Source: a virus
Taxonomy: Duplodnaviria; Caudoviricetes
Direction: 5' to 3' (one strand)
DNA length: 36,276 bases
Virus record (IMG/VR): IMGVR_UViG_3300027373_000206
Location: 1-36,276 of that record
A program made the translations under genes and the position numbers. Positions within the stretch are counted from its first letter, which is position 1. The number at the start of each line of letters is the position of its first letter. Positions 1 to 9,568 of the stretch are shown in pieces. The notes beneath the pieces are model-generated. The model was given only the letters and a program-made list of their open reading frames with translations, made no database searches and had not been told where the DNA came from.

Positions 1-1251
1 TCTTTCGATTGTAGGTAAGTAAATTGTTGAGATATAAAGCTCTTTAATATGGCCAGAATACGAGCCTAATGAGTCAATCAAAGTTCCTAAATTCAATTTT
101 TGCCAAGACTCTGAATAAGGTGACTGAACTGGTATTAATAGCGAATTATTAATCTCCGCTGATGAGAATTGAGAGAGTCTAGGGGCTAAAAAAAAAAGGT
201 CTCCTGCAGGATCAATTATTTCCAAAGGTGCTTCTGGATTATTGTTTCTAGATAAGTTGAGATATTTAGAACTTCGAGCAAGTGAAAATGTAAAATTGTA
301 AGAGCTTGGATTACTTTTTTGAGAGTTTATTGATGATGATAAAACTGTAATTTTCTCGAAAATTCCTCGATGGGATAGAAAATAACGTTCGCTAGTTTTA
401 AAAAACTCAGTAATCCAAACTCGATGCTGTTCGGATAGAAAATAACCAGTGCTTTTTGAATATTTTTCAGTTAGATCTACTTGATATTCATTAGTTGTAT
501 CCTCTTGTGAAAATGTTTTAACTTCTGATAAAGCTTCATTTTTCAAAGTACCTGAAAATACCACAGAATCCCATCCTCCTAATGAGTTTTTAAATATGAA
601 GTAGTTGTCATCTGAAGATGAGTTTTTAAGAACAAATCTCTGTATGAAAGACAATCGAGCACCTTGTGCATTCTCTGTCCATACATCAACATATTGTGGT
701 TGTTTGCCGGCAAATTTTGTAGGCAATGATGAAAATTGAAGATTAGCTGTATTGATTTTATTGGCTGTAAATGCTCCAAACGTAACAGTCTGATCTGTCC
801 CATCAGAAAAATAACCTTTGATTTTTAAATTACAGATCTGTAGTGCTATGTAACTTAAATATTGTGGCTGATTCCATGTTACATATGACGTTTGTGGTTG
901 CCAAGTCAAAAAGTTCTCATTAAACCATGAAGAATATACAGATGTATCTATTCCACCATCAAATGCATAAAAAGAATGTTCAATAGAATCATCGATTGTA
1001 AAGCTGAACTGTGGATAATCAGCTGTTGAATGTTCAACAGTGTCAGGTAACAACGATATCAGAGAGTCAAGCAAGATTTTTTTAATATCAATTACAACCC
1101 TAGACTCTAGATCTGGATAATATGAAGATTCAATCAAAATAGCAGAACCATATTTCAACTTGAATATGATTTTCGTTTGAGTCGACACGATAACATTCTT
1201 AACGTTACCTGCGAAACTATATTGATCTGGTTGTTGTAGTATTGTTGCCAT
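1..1251 (-). CDS. Tail/tail-tip structural protein, 3' end beyond the window (absent from ORF track)
   Basis: Read by hand: ATG at 1251 (MATILQQPDQYSFAGNVKN...), open to base 1. FLTWQP and FKNSLGGWDSVVFSG motifs resemble Bacteroidota prophage tail proteins. Lies downstream of the tape measure gene. Confidence 0.8.
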   Translation of the reverse strand, partial: MATILQQPDQYSFAGNVKNVIVSTQTKIIFKLKYGSAILIESSYYPDLESRVVIDIKKILLDSLISLLPDTVEHSTADYPQFSFTIDDSIEHSFYAFDGGIDTSVYSSWFNENFLTWQPQTSYVTWNQPQYLSYIALQICNLKIKGYFSDGTDQTVTFGAFTANKINTANLQFSSLPTKFAGKQPQYVDVWTENAQGARLSFIQRFVLKNSSSDDNYFIFKNSLGGWDSVVFSGTLKNEALSEVKTFSQEDTTNEYQVDLTEKYSKSTGYFLSEQHRVWITEFFKTSERYFLSHRGIFEKITVLSSSINSQKSNPSSYNFTFSLARSSKYLNLSRNNNPEAPLEIIDPAGDLFFLAPRLSQFSSAEINNSLLIPVQSPYSESWQKLNLGTLIDSLGSYSGHIKELYISTIYLPTIER

Positions 1252-1260
1252 AATTCATTA

Positions 1261-1296
1261 CAAAAATCCAATACAACTCACCACTCTCAAAGGACA
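1261..1296 (-). promoter_or_regulatory. Putative phage late promoter, copy 1 (TGTCCTTT-N24-TTTG)
   Basis: Same motif and 36-bp span at five intergenic sites; 9 nt separate the TTTG from ATG 1251. Confidence 0.75.
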
Positions 1297-3315
1297 TTAT
1301 TTTTTCTCAATCGTATACCAATATTCTAGTGTTGATGGTATTTGATCAGTAAGTGTTCCCATAACATAATGCTCAATAATGACTGAAACCTGACTCGCAA
1401 AAAAGATGGTCCCTTGTTGATGTTCTATATATTGTTGTTCAGTAGGAGCTATTATAGGTTTATAGATTTCTCCATTTAAGCGATATCCATAATCATCCAG
1501 CCCTGAAGATGGTGGAATTATTGTCGAACTGTTATCGTTATATTTCCAAAAATACACTGCAATTGTATGATTATAAATTATTTCTGGAATCGATTGTTCC
1601 TGTTGAATATCATGTGGTTCATATAATTTAACTGTTCTAAAAACACATTTTTTTTGCACTTTTCTTCCAATAGTATACGAGATAGTATCTGGTAGTAGGA
1701 TCTGATTATCAACTAGTACTGGCTTTATCTCTGAAAGGTTGCTTTTTAAGTTTTCAGTTAACAGCATCTCTACATTGATCGTTACATTCGAGTGACGATA
1801 AAATGAATCTGCAAGTTTGTAAAAACGATGAAAGATGCCATCAGCACCCCAAGATTGAAGACTAAAGTTTCCATCTCTGTGCCCCTGATCATCATAATTA
1901 AATGGAGTTCCGTAGCATATCTGTAAAGAATTGATTGTTTTGTACTTGGCAAAACACAACATGGCAAATTTGGAAGAATCTTTTTTCTCTTCTTTTGTTT
2001 CTCCAGACTTCTCTTTTATTGCAGTATTTTGATGCCAAATATTTCCAACAAAAGGCATTAGAGTTTCATTTTTACCTGCAGGAATTATTGGCACTGCAGT
2101 ATCTTTTAGTTGGATCTCTTCATTAGTTAAGTCGCCACCTTTATTATAGTTAAAATAAACGGTACCAACGGCTTCTTTACGTGTGTTTATACCATCAAAT
2201 TCGATAGAATAAAACCTACCTTCAGCTAATCTTAATACAGCATTATACTTACTAATAATAGCTTGATCAAAGAATTCATTTTCTGATACAGCACCAATCG
2301 TTTTATATTTTTCTACAAATTTTTCAAGTGTTTCTGTCTCTGGAGCAGCATTTTCGAGAGACGTATCTTGCGATATTGTTATTTGAGAAAAAGTAGGAGG
2401 TTCATAGTCTAATTCAGAAACTCTTATACTACTAAGGTCAGTATTTGGAGATTGAGATAATTGATCCTTCAGAAATGAAATATTTATAGTTTTTCTACTC
2501 TCATCAGAAATAAATTCACAACAAAATTTGAATCTAATTACATTTAAAAAATCTTGTATAGTGATATTTGGAACTAATTGAGAATAATCAATTCTGTTAA
2601 TAACGACTGGATCTGCACAGTTATTCAATAAACAAAGAGAAGAAAATTCACCTGAAGCTAAAAAGTTACCTTCTAATGTATATCCAAAAAATGAGATCAC
2701 TTTTTCTAATACTATGTGTAACCTGAGAAATGGTGTAATTCCATACCCAATAGGCACAGTTGTATTTTTATCTCCTTCTTGAATTGTTCTTGCTTTCCTC
2801 CCAACTAAATATGGTGTGCCTTCTGAATCAGTATTTTCAGTTTGATTTAAAATAAAATACTTATCGCCTCCATTTTTACAAGCGACAGGGAAAACAATAA
2901 AATCAAAATTAGATGTACTTTTCATCGAATTTTGTAGGTCTGTCATTAATGTTGTACTGACATAAGAAAAGCCAGACATAACATCTTTAAGCTTCTTGTC
3001 TTTAATTGTAGTCCAAAACGCTCCAATGTTGGGATAAAAAGTAGTAGAAATACCCTCTTTTGTTGTTTTATGAATAATTTGCTTTGCTGTTAGTCTTGTC
3101 ATACCATCTTCAATAAAGACATCTAAGGAAGATACTGGCTTTGTGTTTGATGATATGTTACTATAGCCGATAATCCTTAAATTGTTTTTAGTTAGTGGCA
3201 GTGTTACAGGAATACTTTTTTCTCCAATCTTAGAAAAGAATGGATTTTTTCTTTCCATCTCCAGGACAAAGTTTTCTGGAAGATCATATTGGCCTTTGCT
3301 CGTTATTATCCTCAT
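1297..3315 (-). CDS. Tail-tip/baseplate-hub-like structural protein (672 aa)
   Basis: Directly follows the tape measure gene with ATGA overlap; N-terminal E-x-x-NPFF...S-x-P-x-TLP pattern typical of this gene position. Confidence 0.65.
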   Translation of the reverse strand: MRIITSKGQYDLPENFVLEMERKNPFFSKIGEKSIPVTLPLTKNNLRIIGYSNISSNTKPVSSLDVFIEDGMTRLTAKQIIHKTTKEGISTTFYPNIGAFWTTIKDKKLKDVMSGFSYVSTTLMTDLQNSMKSTSNFDFIVFPVACKNGGDKYFILNQTENTDSEGTPYLVGRKARTIQEGDKNTTVPIGYGITPFLRLHIVLEKVISFFGYTLEGNFLASGEFSSLCLLNNCADPVVINRIDYSQLVPNITIQDFLNVIRFKFCCEFISDESRKTINISFLKDQLSQSPNTDLSSIRVSELDYEPPTFSQITISQDTSLENAAPETETLEKFVEKYKTIGAVSENEFFDQAIISKYNAVLRLAEGRFYSIEFDGINTRKEAVGTVYFNYNKGGDLTNEEIQLKDTAVPIIPAGKNETLMPFVGNIWHQNTAIKEKSGETKEEKKDSSKFAMLCFAKYKTINSLQICYGTPFNYDDQGHRDGNFSLQSWGADGIFHRFYKLADSFYRHSNVTINVEMLLTENLKSNLSEIKPVLVDNQILLPDTISYTIGRKVQKKCVFRTVKLYEPHDIQQEQSIPEIIYNHTIAVYFWKYNDNSSTIIPPSSGLDDYGYRLNGEIYKPIIAPTEQQYIEHQQGTIFFASQVSVIIEHYVMGTLTDQIPSTLEYWYTIEKK

Positions 3316-6300
3316 GACTTTGATGCTTGTTTTTCACTAGTCTCTTGAAGTTCCATTTGTTCTTGCAGATCTGATAGCAAGACTTTTGCTTTTACTCCAT
3401 TCTTTTTCAAATATTTTAATAGATCAATAAGCTCAGACATCATTGTTGAGTCAAGTTGATTCACAATAGTTGTTTTAGGAGCTGCTTGAGAAGCTTGAGT
3501 ATATCCTCCAAACTCATAACCTCTCCCAGCAGGTTTAACAGACGCAAGAATAGCATCCATATTAAGTTGTTCAACATAACCTCCTTCTTGTGCATTATTA
3601 ATTAGGTCCAAAAAGGGTTTTATGCTTTTATTAGATACTGCAGCTGCATTAGCAACAAATTCTGTCCCATTTTCTCCTACTAATAGACTTGGCTCATTGA
3701 AGTATCCGTTACGTTTGGAAGATCGTCTAGCCCAAAAGCGTTTTTTATCTTGTTCACGAGTAACATTAATATAACCACCATCTTCCTTACCTGTAACCAC
3801 TCTTTGCTGGCTATTAGATCCTCCTCCGGAGTCTAGAGTCATTGCCTTAATTTTCCTTCTTTCAGCGTTAGCTGATACAATTTGAGCAGCTCCTGTTGCT
3901 GTCATCAAGGCAGCAGCTACAGCTCCTCCAATGGGACCTAGCTGAGCAAAACTCTGCATTATTGCAACAGCAGTATTCGCAATAATTTCTGCAACCTTGA
4001 TTGCAAAATTTACATCAGCGTATTTCTTTTCAATATCAAGCTTTTTCTGTGCTTTTTCCTTTTCTAATCTCTCTACTTCTTCTGCATTATCACCTGCAGC
4101 AGCTATCTTTTCATCGTATGTTGCTTCCATAGATGAAATTTCTGCGTCTTGCAGAGCACTAACAGCACTTTTGCCAAGTCCATTAAAATAGTCGAAATAT
4201 GCTTTTGCTTTACCTACTTTGAGATCCGTTAAAGCAGTTTGATGTTCTTCTTCAGATATTAATCCTGCTTTATGCAACTGATCAAGTTGTTGTTTCTGCA
4301 TTTCGAACTCTTCTGCCCAGCTTGCAATATTAAGAGATTTACGAATGTTGAATCTTTCTTGAGCAGCGTTTATCTCAATATTTTTCTTTGCCTGTTCGTA
4401 TGCTTTTGTCAGATCAGTAGTATCTGCACCCTGTTCTTCTAAAAATTTTTTCTTTGCTGTATAAACATCATCAAGAATCTTTGTCTGAAGCTTTATTTCC
4501 TCATCGTAGGTTAATAATCCAAATTGCTGTTTGAAATCTTGAGTTGATTTTATGATCGTATCATATACAGCTTTCCTTTTTGCAGCTGCATCGCTTTCTG
4601 ATTGGACAACAAGTGCGTTAGCATCATTAACGGCTTGTGTTTTTAGTGCTCCAGTTTTTAGTTCAAGTTTTACGATGTCATCTTTATATCCCTGAGTAAT
4701 CTGTACTCTAGTATTAGCCGTTTGCTCATCTAAAGTTAACATTAACAGATCATATTGCTCTTGAGTTATCTTACGATCAGCAAGAGCATTGTCAAATGTC
4801 AATTTTTGAACATTATACGCATTATCAAGAAGCTTTAAATTTTTTTCTAGACCTTCCTTTACTATTGATAATTTGATGTTATCAGCTGATTTTTGATTTT
4901 CTACTATAGCTAATTCGTCATCAGTAATCTTCTTTTTAATTTCACTTCGTAATTTTTCGTTTTTAACTTTTTTAAGATACTCTTTCAAGGCATTAATTCT
5001 GTCTTGATAAAATTGATTATCTAGTTGTGTGATTTGTAAATTAATTGATGATTCTGTTAGTTCTTCTAAAAGTCCATTTTTCTTGATAATAGATCTTTTT
5101 TGATTGTAGTTGCCTTCGAGGTTGTTTAATTGAGTTTCAAGGGCATCTTTTTGTTTTTGGAGTGCCTCCTTGGCTGCTTCTTGAGCATTACGCTTCTCTT
5201 CAGCTAAGAAAGAATTCATTTTTTCATGAATACCTCTAGTTTTTTCATATTTCTCAGTTTCTGACTGAATAACTGCAGCTTCAGCTTCTTTAAGTTTTTT
5301 TAATTCTTCAGATGTATTTCCTGCTCTAGCTGCTTCTGTTTTTGCAATTTCGTATTTAATTTTTGCTTGCTTAACAGCCTCTTCTGATATTTTTTTTTCT
5401 CCTTCTAACGCAGCTTCAAGGAATCCAATTCTTTCTTTTACTGAGTATTTGTCTCTTTGATAGGCTTTATCTCTATTTTTAGCAATTTCATTTTCTAATT
5501 TTGCCTTTCCGACAATCCAATCTCTTTCTCTTTTTTGCAATTCCTGTTTTTCTTTTTCTAATTTGATTGCATCTTTTGCTTCATCGTTTATCTCCTTCAT
5601 TTTAGATCCTACAAATGGTAACATCTCTAATAATTTAGAGATACCAGATAATGCAGACTGAGCAAAGTCCAAAAATCCAATTACAATATCTTGTAAAATT
5701 TTTAATAAAAATTGCATGAATTTATTCAGTGGAGCAAGGATCTGATTAAGCTTAAATGTTGCTTCTTCAGACGAGTTGATTGCCTTTTTAAAAGCCATGA
5801 AAACAAGCACAATTGCAGCGATAACTGCTCCTACGGGATTTGCAATAAGAGCCATCATTGCTTGCTTCATACCTACTAGACTTTGTATAGCTTGCCCTGC
5901 AGGACCAGGAATAGAGCTTAGTTGAGACATCATCCCTTTTCCAGAATTCTGAAGTACACCCATACGCTGCCCAACTTCTGAGAGCTCCTGTTGAAGTTTT
6001 TTGTATTCTTCAGGATCTGTTGATAACGATGTTGATTCTAGTTGCTTCTGAAGATCCTTGGCCCGAACTTTAAGTTGAGACATTGTCATGTCCTCAACTT
6101 TGAGCTGTTTGACAGATCTGTCAATAACTTCATTATTTTTTTCAATTAGAGAATTGTTGTCTACTATTCTTTGATTGTAGTCTGCAATTTCATTTTTTGT
6201 TGCTTGATAAGTAGCCTTTAGCTCTTGATAGGCCGAGGTATTAGTCTTACCAGATCTCTCAATAGATCTCATTTGTCGCTCTGTCTCTTTGAGATACTTA

Positions 6301-6446
6301 TTAGCTAAATCAATCTCTGCTTGTAGAGCTTTATTCTCCTGGGTAAACTTTTTAACAGCAGCTGCTGACTTACCTATCTCTGCCTGGAGTCCTTTTGCTT
6401 CCAGGTTAAGTATAAACTTTATTTCATCATCTCTTAGCTTACCCAT
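3312..6446 (-). CDS. Tail tape measure protein (1044 aa)
   Basis: Long K/E/Q coiled coil, hydrophobic ANPVGAVIAAIV and GPIGGAVAAALM segments, C-terminal GGY...GENGTEFV motif. Confidence 0.9.
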   Translation of the reverse strand: MGKLRDDEIKFILNLEAKGLQAEIGKSAAAVKKFTQENKALQAEIDLANKYLKETERQMRSIERSGKTNTSAYQELKATYQATKNEIADYNQRIVDNNSLIEKNNEVIDRSVKQLKVEDMTMSQLKVRAKDLQKQLESTSLSTDPEEYKKLQQELSEVGQRMGVLQNSGKGMMSQLSSIPGPAGQAIQSLVGMKQAMMALIANPVGAVIAAIVLVFMAFKKAINSSEEATFKLNQILAPLNKFMQFLLKILQDIVIGFLDFAQSALSGISKLLEMLPFVGSKMKEINDEAKDAIKLEKEKQELQKRERDWIVGKAKLENEIAKNRDKAYQRDKYSVKERIGFLEAALEGEKKISEEAVKQAKIKYEIAKTEAARAGNTSEELKKLKEAEAAVIQSETEKYEKTRGIHEKMNSFLAEEKRNAQEAAKEALQKQKDALETQLNNLEGNYNQKRSIIKKNGLLEELTESSINLQITQLDNQFYQDRINALKEYLKKVKNEKLRSEIKKKITDDELAIVENQKSADNIKLSIVKEGLEKNLKLLDNAYNVQKLTFDNALADRKITQEQYDLLMLTLDEQTANTRVQITQGYKDDIVKLELKTGALKTQAVNDANALVVQSESDAAAKRKAVYDTIIKSTQDFKQQFGLLTYDEEIKLQTKILDDVYTAKKKFLEEQGADTTDLTKAYEQAKKNIEINAAQERFNIRKSLNIASWAEEFEMQKQQLDQLHKAGLISEEEHQTALTDLKVGKAKAYFDYFNGLGKSAVSALQDAEISSMEATYDEKIAAAGDNAEEVERLEKEKAQKKLDIEKKYADVNFAIKVAEIIANTAVAIMQSFAQLGPIGGAVAAALMTATGAAQIVSANAERRKIKAMTLDSGGGSNSQQRVVTGKEDGGYINVTREQDKKRFWARRSSKRNGYFNEPSLLVGENGTEFVANAAAVSNKSIKPFLDLINNAQEGGYVEQLNMDAILASVKPAGRGYEFGGYTQASQAAPKTTIVNQLDSTMMSELIDLLKYLKKNGVKAKVLLSDLQEQMELQETSEKQASKS

Positions 6447-6447
6447 A

Positions 6448-6840
6448 TCATATTGTTTTTTCGAGTTCTGTTTTTATCCTTTCTTTTACCTGCTCTGTCA
6501 AACCATACTTTATGTCAGAGCGAGTCTCATTATATAACCGTCCATAAATAACTCTATTGTAGAGTGCAAGCTTTGATCTTAGCTCTTTGTTCTTAAACTG
6601 ATCCATTGAACTTTTTATATCAAGGAAACGCAGATATCGTAGAAAATTAAACTGAAGCATCATTCTATTTTCGTCAGACTGAATTTGAAAATCTTTACTA
6701 TAGATAGACCTGAGTAATCTCCCAGATACTCTTCTTAAATTTTCAGAAATTACCTTCCCTTGAGTCTCATTGATGAACTTGGCATCTCTTTCTAAGATTT
6801 CTCTTACATAGTGAGTTTTTATTGCTCCTTCTGATATCAT
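6448..6840 (-). CDS. Putative neck/tail-completion protein (130 aa)
   Basis: Basic protein with SGRLLRSI (HK97 gp10-like) motif, located before the tape measure gene. Confidence 0.5.
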   Translation of the reverse strand: MISEGAIKTHYVREILERDAKFINETQGKVISENLRRVSGRLLRSIYSKDFQIQSDENRMMLQFNFLRYLRFLDIKSSMDQFKNKELRSKLALYNRVIYGRLYNETRSDIKYGLTEQVKERIKTELEKTI

Positions 6841-7166
6841 AGCTTTTCAATTACTATCCATTTAAAAACGAGTTTAAAGCATTCAATTTCTACAATATAT
6901 TTATATCCTTTTTGAAGCATTATATTTTTTATGTGGTTGTTTGAGATATAGTTATCCCCGTTAAATTTGGATATCGCACTAGTGATTTCTTCGGTAGTAA
7001 ATTGATTTGTCGCATGCTCTATTCTATCTGCCGGTACATATTTTCGGCAAAAGCTATCCAATAGTTCAAAACTTAATGGATCCGGATCTCTTCGTTTTTT
7101 TTCTTTTTCTTCAGCCTCTTTTACTACGTTAATATTAGCCGCAAAACCAATTTTCTTTCCCATCAT
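6837..7166 (-). CDS. Hypothetical protein (109 aa)
   Basis: Translationally coupled ORF in the structural operon. Confidence 0.6.
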   Translation of the reverse strand: MMGKKIGFAANINVVKEAEEKEKKRRDPDPLSFELLDSFCRKYVPADRIEHATNQFTTEEITSAISKFNGDNYISNNHIKNIMLQKGYKYIVEIECFKLVFKWIVIEKL

Positions 7167-7705
7167 TATATCATATCAATTCCTTCAAGTTGAAATATCA
7201 TGCTGAACCCATAACTGTTATTCAGTTCTCTGGATGAAAATGGCACTATCTCAGTAGGAAGTGTCAGCATCTTGACATATGGATCATCTTTGATGGCCAT
7301 GATGTCGTTTCTTATGAGCTTTAATAGCTCAAGAGTTCTATCAATTATCGCAATTTCTTCAATTGAGTCTAGGCCTTGATTAGAAGAGAAAGGCTTTGCA
7401 ATCGTGATTGATAAATCAAAACTATCTTTCTTGACTTTAAATTGGTTTTCAGTAGTTCTTAAGTTACCATAGTCAACAAATAGATATAAGCCAGTAATGG
7501 AGGTTATCCTCTTTTTCACAGCGTCATCAGATACTCCAAAAACGTAATCTGCAATCTCCGGATACTTTGATTTTATAGATAAGGACTCTGCCTTTAATTT
7601 GAAGGCATTATAATTTTCTGCAGGGGATTTTTTATTGAAATTCTTCATCACTCCAGCGTGATCAGGATACCTCGCAAAAAATAAGAAGGTGTTCTCTAGT
7701 ATCAT
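7166..7705 (-). CDS. Putative tail terminator/neck protein (179 aa)
   Basis: Coupled ORF; size, position and C-terminal G-F-S-M-x-F strand are consistent with this role (inference). Confidence 0.45.
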   Translation of the reverse strand: MILENTFLFFARYPDHAGVMKNFNKKSPAENYNAFKLKAESLSIKSKYPEIADYVFGVSDDAVKKRITSITGLYLFVDYGNLRTTENQFKVKKDSFDLSITIAKPFSSNQGLDSIEEIAIIDRTLELLKLIRNDIMAIKDDPYVKMLTLPTEIVPFSSRELNNSYGFSMIFQLEGIDMI

Positions 7706-8700
7706 ACAAATTTATTTATTTGTTCAAGAGTGAGATTCAGTTTTTTGGCTATTTCTGGTTTGGGCATATTGGAATCGTTGAGCTGGTGAATTGAATCAAC
7801 TAAATTTTTGTACATCAACTCAAAAAACTCGATAAGATTTAAGCTTGATATCTCCTTGATGTTTCCATATCCTTTTTCTGTCATAGAATAGACTATTGAA
7901 TTGAATCCTAAAGTCTGTTTGTCCTGCTTTTTCTTGTTGTTTTTATTAAATAGAATGTAGTATTTAGTCTCTGAGGTCAGCCATGACAGAATGGATTCAA
8001 AATTGAACATAACAGCGAATTTGATAGCTGGATTGAGCTTTTTGAACCTTGGGGACAGATCTTTTGCTTTTTGAGCAGAATAGCTACCCGGGCAATAAAG
8101 TGTTGCCAGCAGCAAATCAATATATTCATCTGGCCCCTGAGATGCAATCAATGACAATATTGTCAGTGTGTCTATGAACTGTTCTGCTGTTATCGAAGTA
8201 TTAACGATATCACCACTGCGATCAAATAAATAACCAGGATATTTTTGCAAACCCACAAAAAGATTAGGGATGAGTTGTTTACAAATCGTTGCATCTATTT
8301 CAACAGTCCGTTGAAACTTTGAGGCGATAACTGCTTCAGGTTCACCGGCAATCTTCTCTGGATTGGTCTTTTTCAGTCGCTCTTGCATCTTTGGATCCAG
8401 ATTTTTGAATCGGGGATCATCATAGACGAACTTAAAGCAGAAGTTCATCTTATCCAGGTTACGAAAAATCTCCTTTTCAAACCATTCATAGTTGTGTCTA
8501 AGGATTCTTCTAGAATTGATGTTCGAGAGCTCAATGTAAAGCCTTAATTGAAGCTCTCTCACATCAAACTTCTTGGCTTTGTACTCAAGAAGGATGCAGA
8601 TGACAGTAATAAACTGGACAGGATCCAGTTCTTCCCATGAGGTGGGGAATTTTACGTTATTTGAAGCTCCAAGGAGCCTTTTTTCAAGCTTGGTAATCAT
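7702..8700 (-). CDS. Hypothetical morphogenesis protein (332 aa)
   Basis: PTSWEEL N-terminal motif; coupled to the adaptor gene. Confidence 0.6.
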   Translation of the reverse strand: MITKLEKRLLGASNNVKFPTSWEELDPVQFITVICILLEYKAKKFDVRELQLRLYIELSNINSRRILRHNYEWFEKEIFRNLDKMNFCFKFVYDDPRFKNLDPKMQERLKKTNPEKIAGEPEAVIASKFQRTVEIDATICKQLIPNLFVGLQKYPGYLFDRSGDIVNTSITAEQFIDTLTILSLIASQGPDEYIDLLLATLYCPGSYSAQKAKDLSPRFKKLNPAIKFAVMFNFESILSWLTSETKYYILFNKNNKKKQDKQTLGFNSIVYSMTEKGYGNIKEISSLNLIEFFELMYKNLVDSIHQLNDSNMPKPEIAKKLNLTLEQINKFV

Positions 8701-9566
8701 GACATAAAGTATATTCTATCGCTTTCACGATTATTATTAACAATATTTTCAGTTACTCCAGAGGAGACACTCTTTGCTCTCTCTATGTCGGAATAGTATG
8801 ACATTACATCCTTCATTATGATTGCATTTAGCTTTTCTCTTACCTGAACAGCAGTACCTCCTTTTGTAAATTCATGGGCAACATCATTTCTGATGCTTTT
8901 TGGAAGTTCTGTGATATCAAAAAGAACTGCAGCATCTGCCATAACATGGCTACAAAGGGCTCTTTTGCACTTTTCTTTAAGCTTTTCGTTTGTTAGGGAA
9001 GCAAGATCACCTACCCTTGGAATAATCTGATCTTGATTGATCTTTGTAATTAAAAATTGAACTTTTGAGAAGAAGTATGGTGAATTATCAATTCCAAAGT
9101 AATTATTAAACTCCTTGGCATCCTTAATAGGTAACTCAGACCTTTGCTTATACTGATCAGAATCCTTCCATGAACCAAGTTCTTCATGACTCTCCAGATA
9201 CCTCAAAAGCTCATCCATTGATGCCCAAAACATGGTTATGTACTCTTCTTTAATTTCATCCAGCTGATACTTGTACAATTTCTGATCGCTTCCGTTTTTA
9301 CTCACAGCATCAAAAATCTTGTACTTATACATTGTGTAGTTGGCAATAGCAGATCGGAGAGATAAAATTGCTATTGTGTGCTGCGGTTGTTCCAAAACAA
9401 AGTCCGCTTTAATAGCGTCATACACTCCAATAGTGATGACATCCTGAATTCGTTTTTTTGTTGGTAAAAACGATGGATATAATGAATCTAGCTGTAAGGT
9501 GCCATCAACACCTGGAGCAAATGATCTGAAGTCATCAATATTGTCAAAAAAGTCAATTGCGTTCAT
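8697..9566 (-). CDS. Putative head-tail adaptor (DUF6712-like, 289 aa)
   Basis: Helical protein with an apparent two-repeat layout, directly after the portal gene. Confidence 0.55.
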   Translation of the reverse strand: MNAIDFFDNIDDFRSFAPGVDGTLQLDSLYPSFLPTKKRIQDVITIGVYDAIKADFVLEQPQHTIAILSLRSAIANYTMYKYKIFDAVSKNGSDQKLYKYQLDEIKEEYITMFWASMDELLRYLESHEELGSWKDSDQYKQRSELPIKDAKEFNNYFGIDNSPYFFSKVQFLITKINQDQIIPRVGDLASLTNEKLKEKCKRALCSHVMADAAVLFDITELPKSIRNDVAHEFTKGGTAVQVREKLNAIIMKDVMSYYSDIERAKSVSSGVTENIVNNNRESDRIYFMS

Positions 9567-9568
9567 GT

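Noticed and set aside
579-803. 74-aa track ORF and similar short ORFs nested in or antisense to long genes (1782, 1935, 3997, 6289, 9844, 9875, 10331, 11697, 13203, 13727, 14564, 14718, 15097, 16538, 17147, 18758, 20077, 23114, 23455, 25090, 26366, 27070, 35402)
   Set aside because: Shadow frames of better-supported genes, with no recognisable motifs.
5390-5398. A9 run in the tape measure gene as a slippage site
   Set aside because: Lysine-rich AT-biased coding sequence explains it; the gene is intact and I saw no supporting signal.
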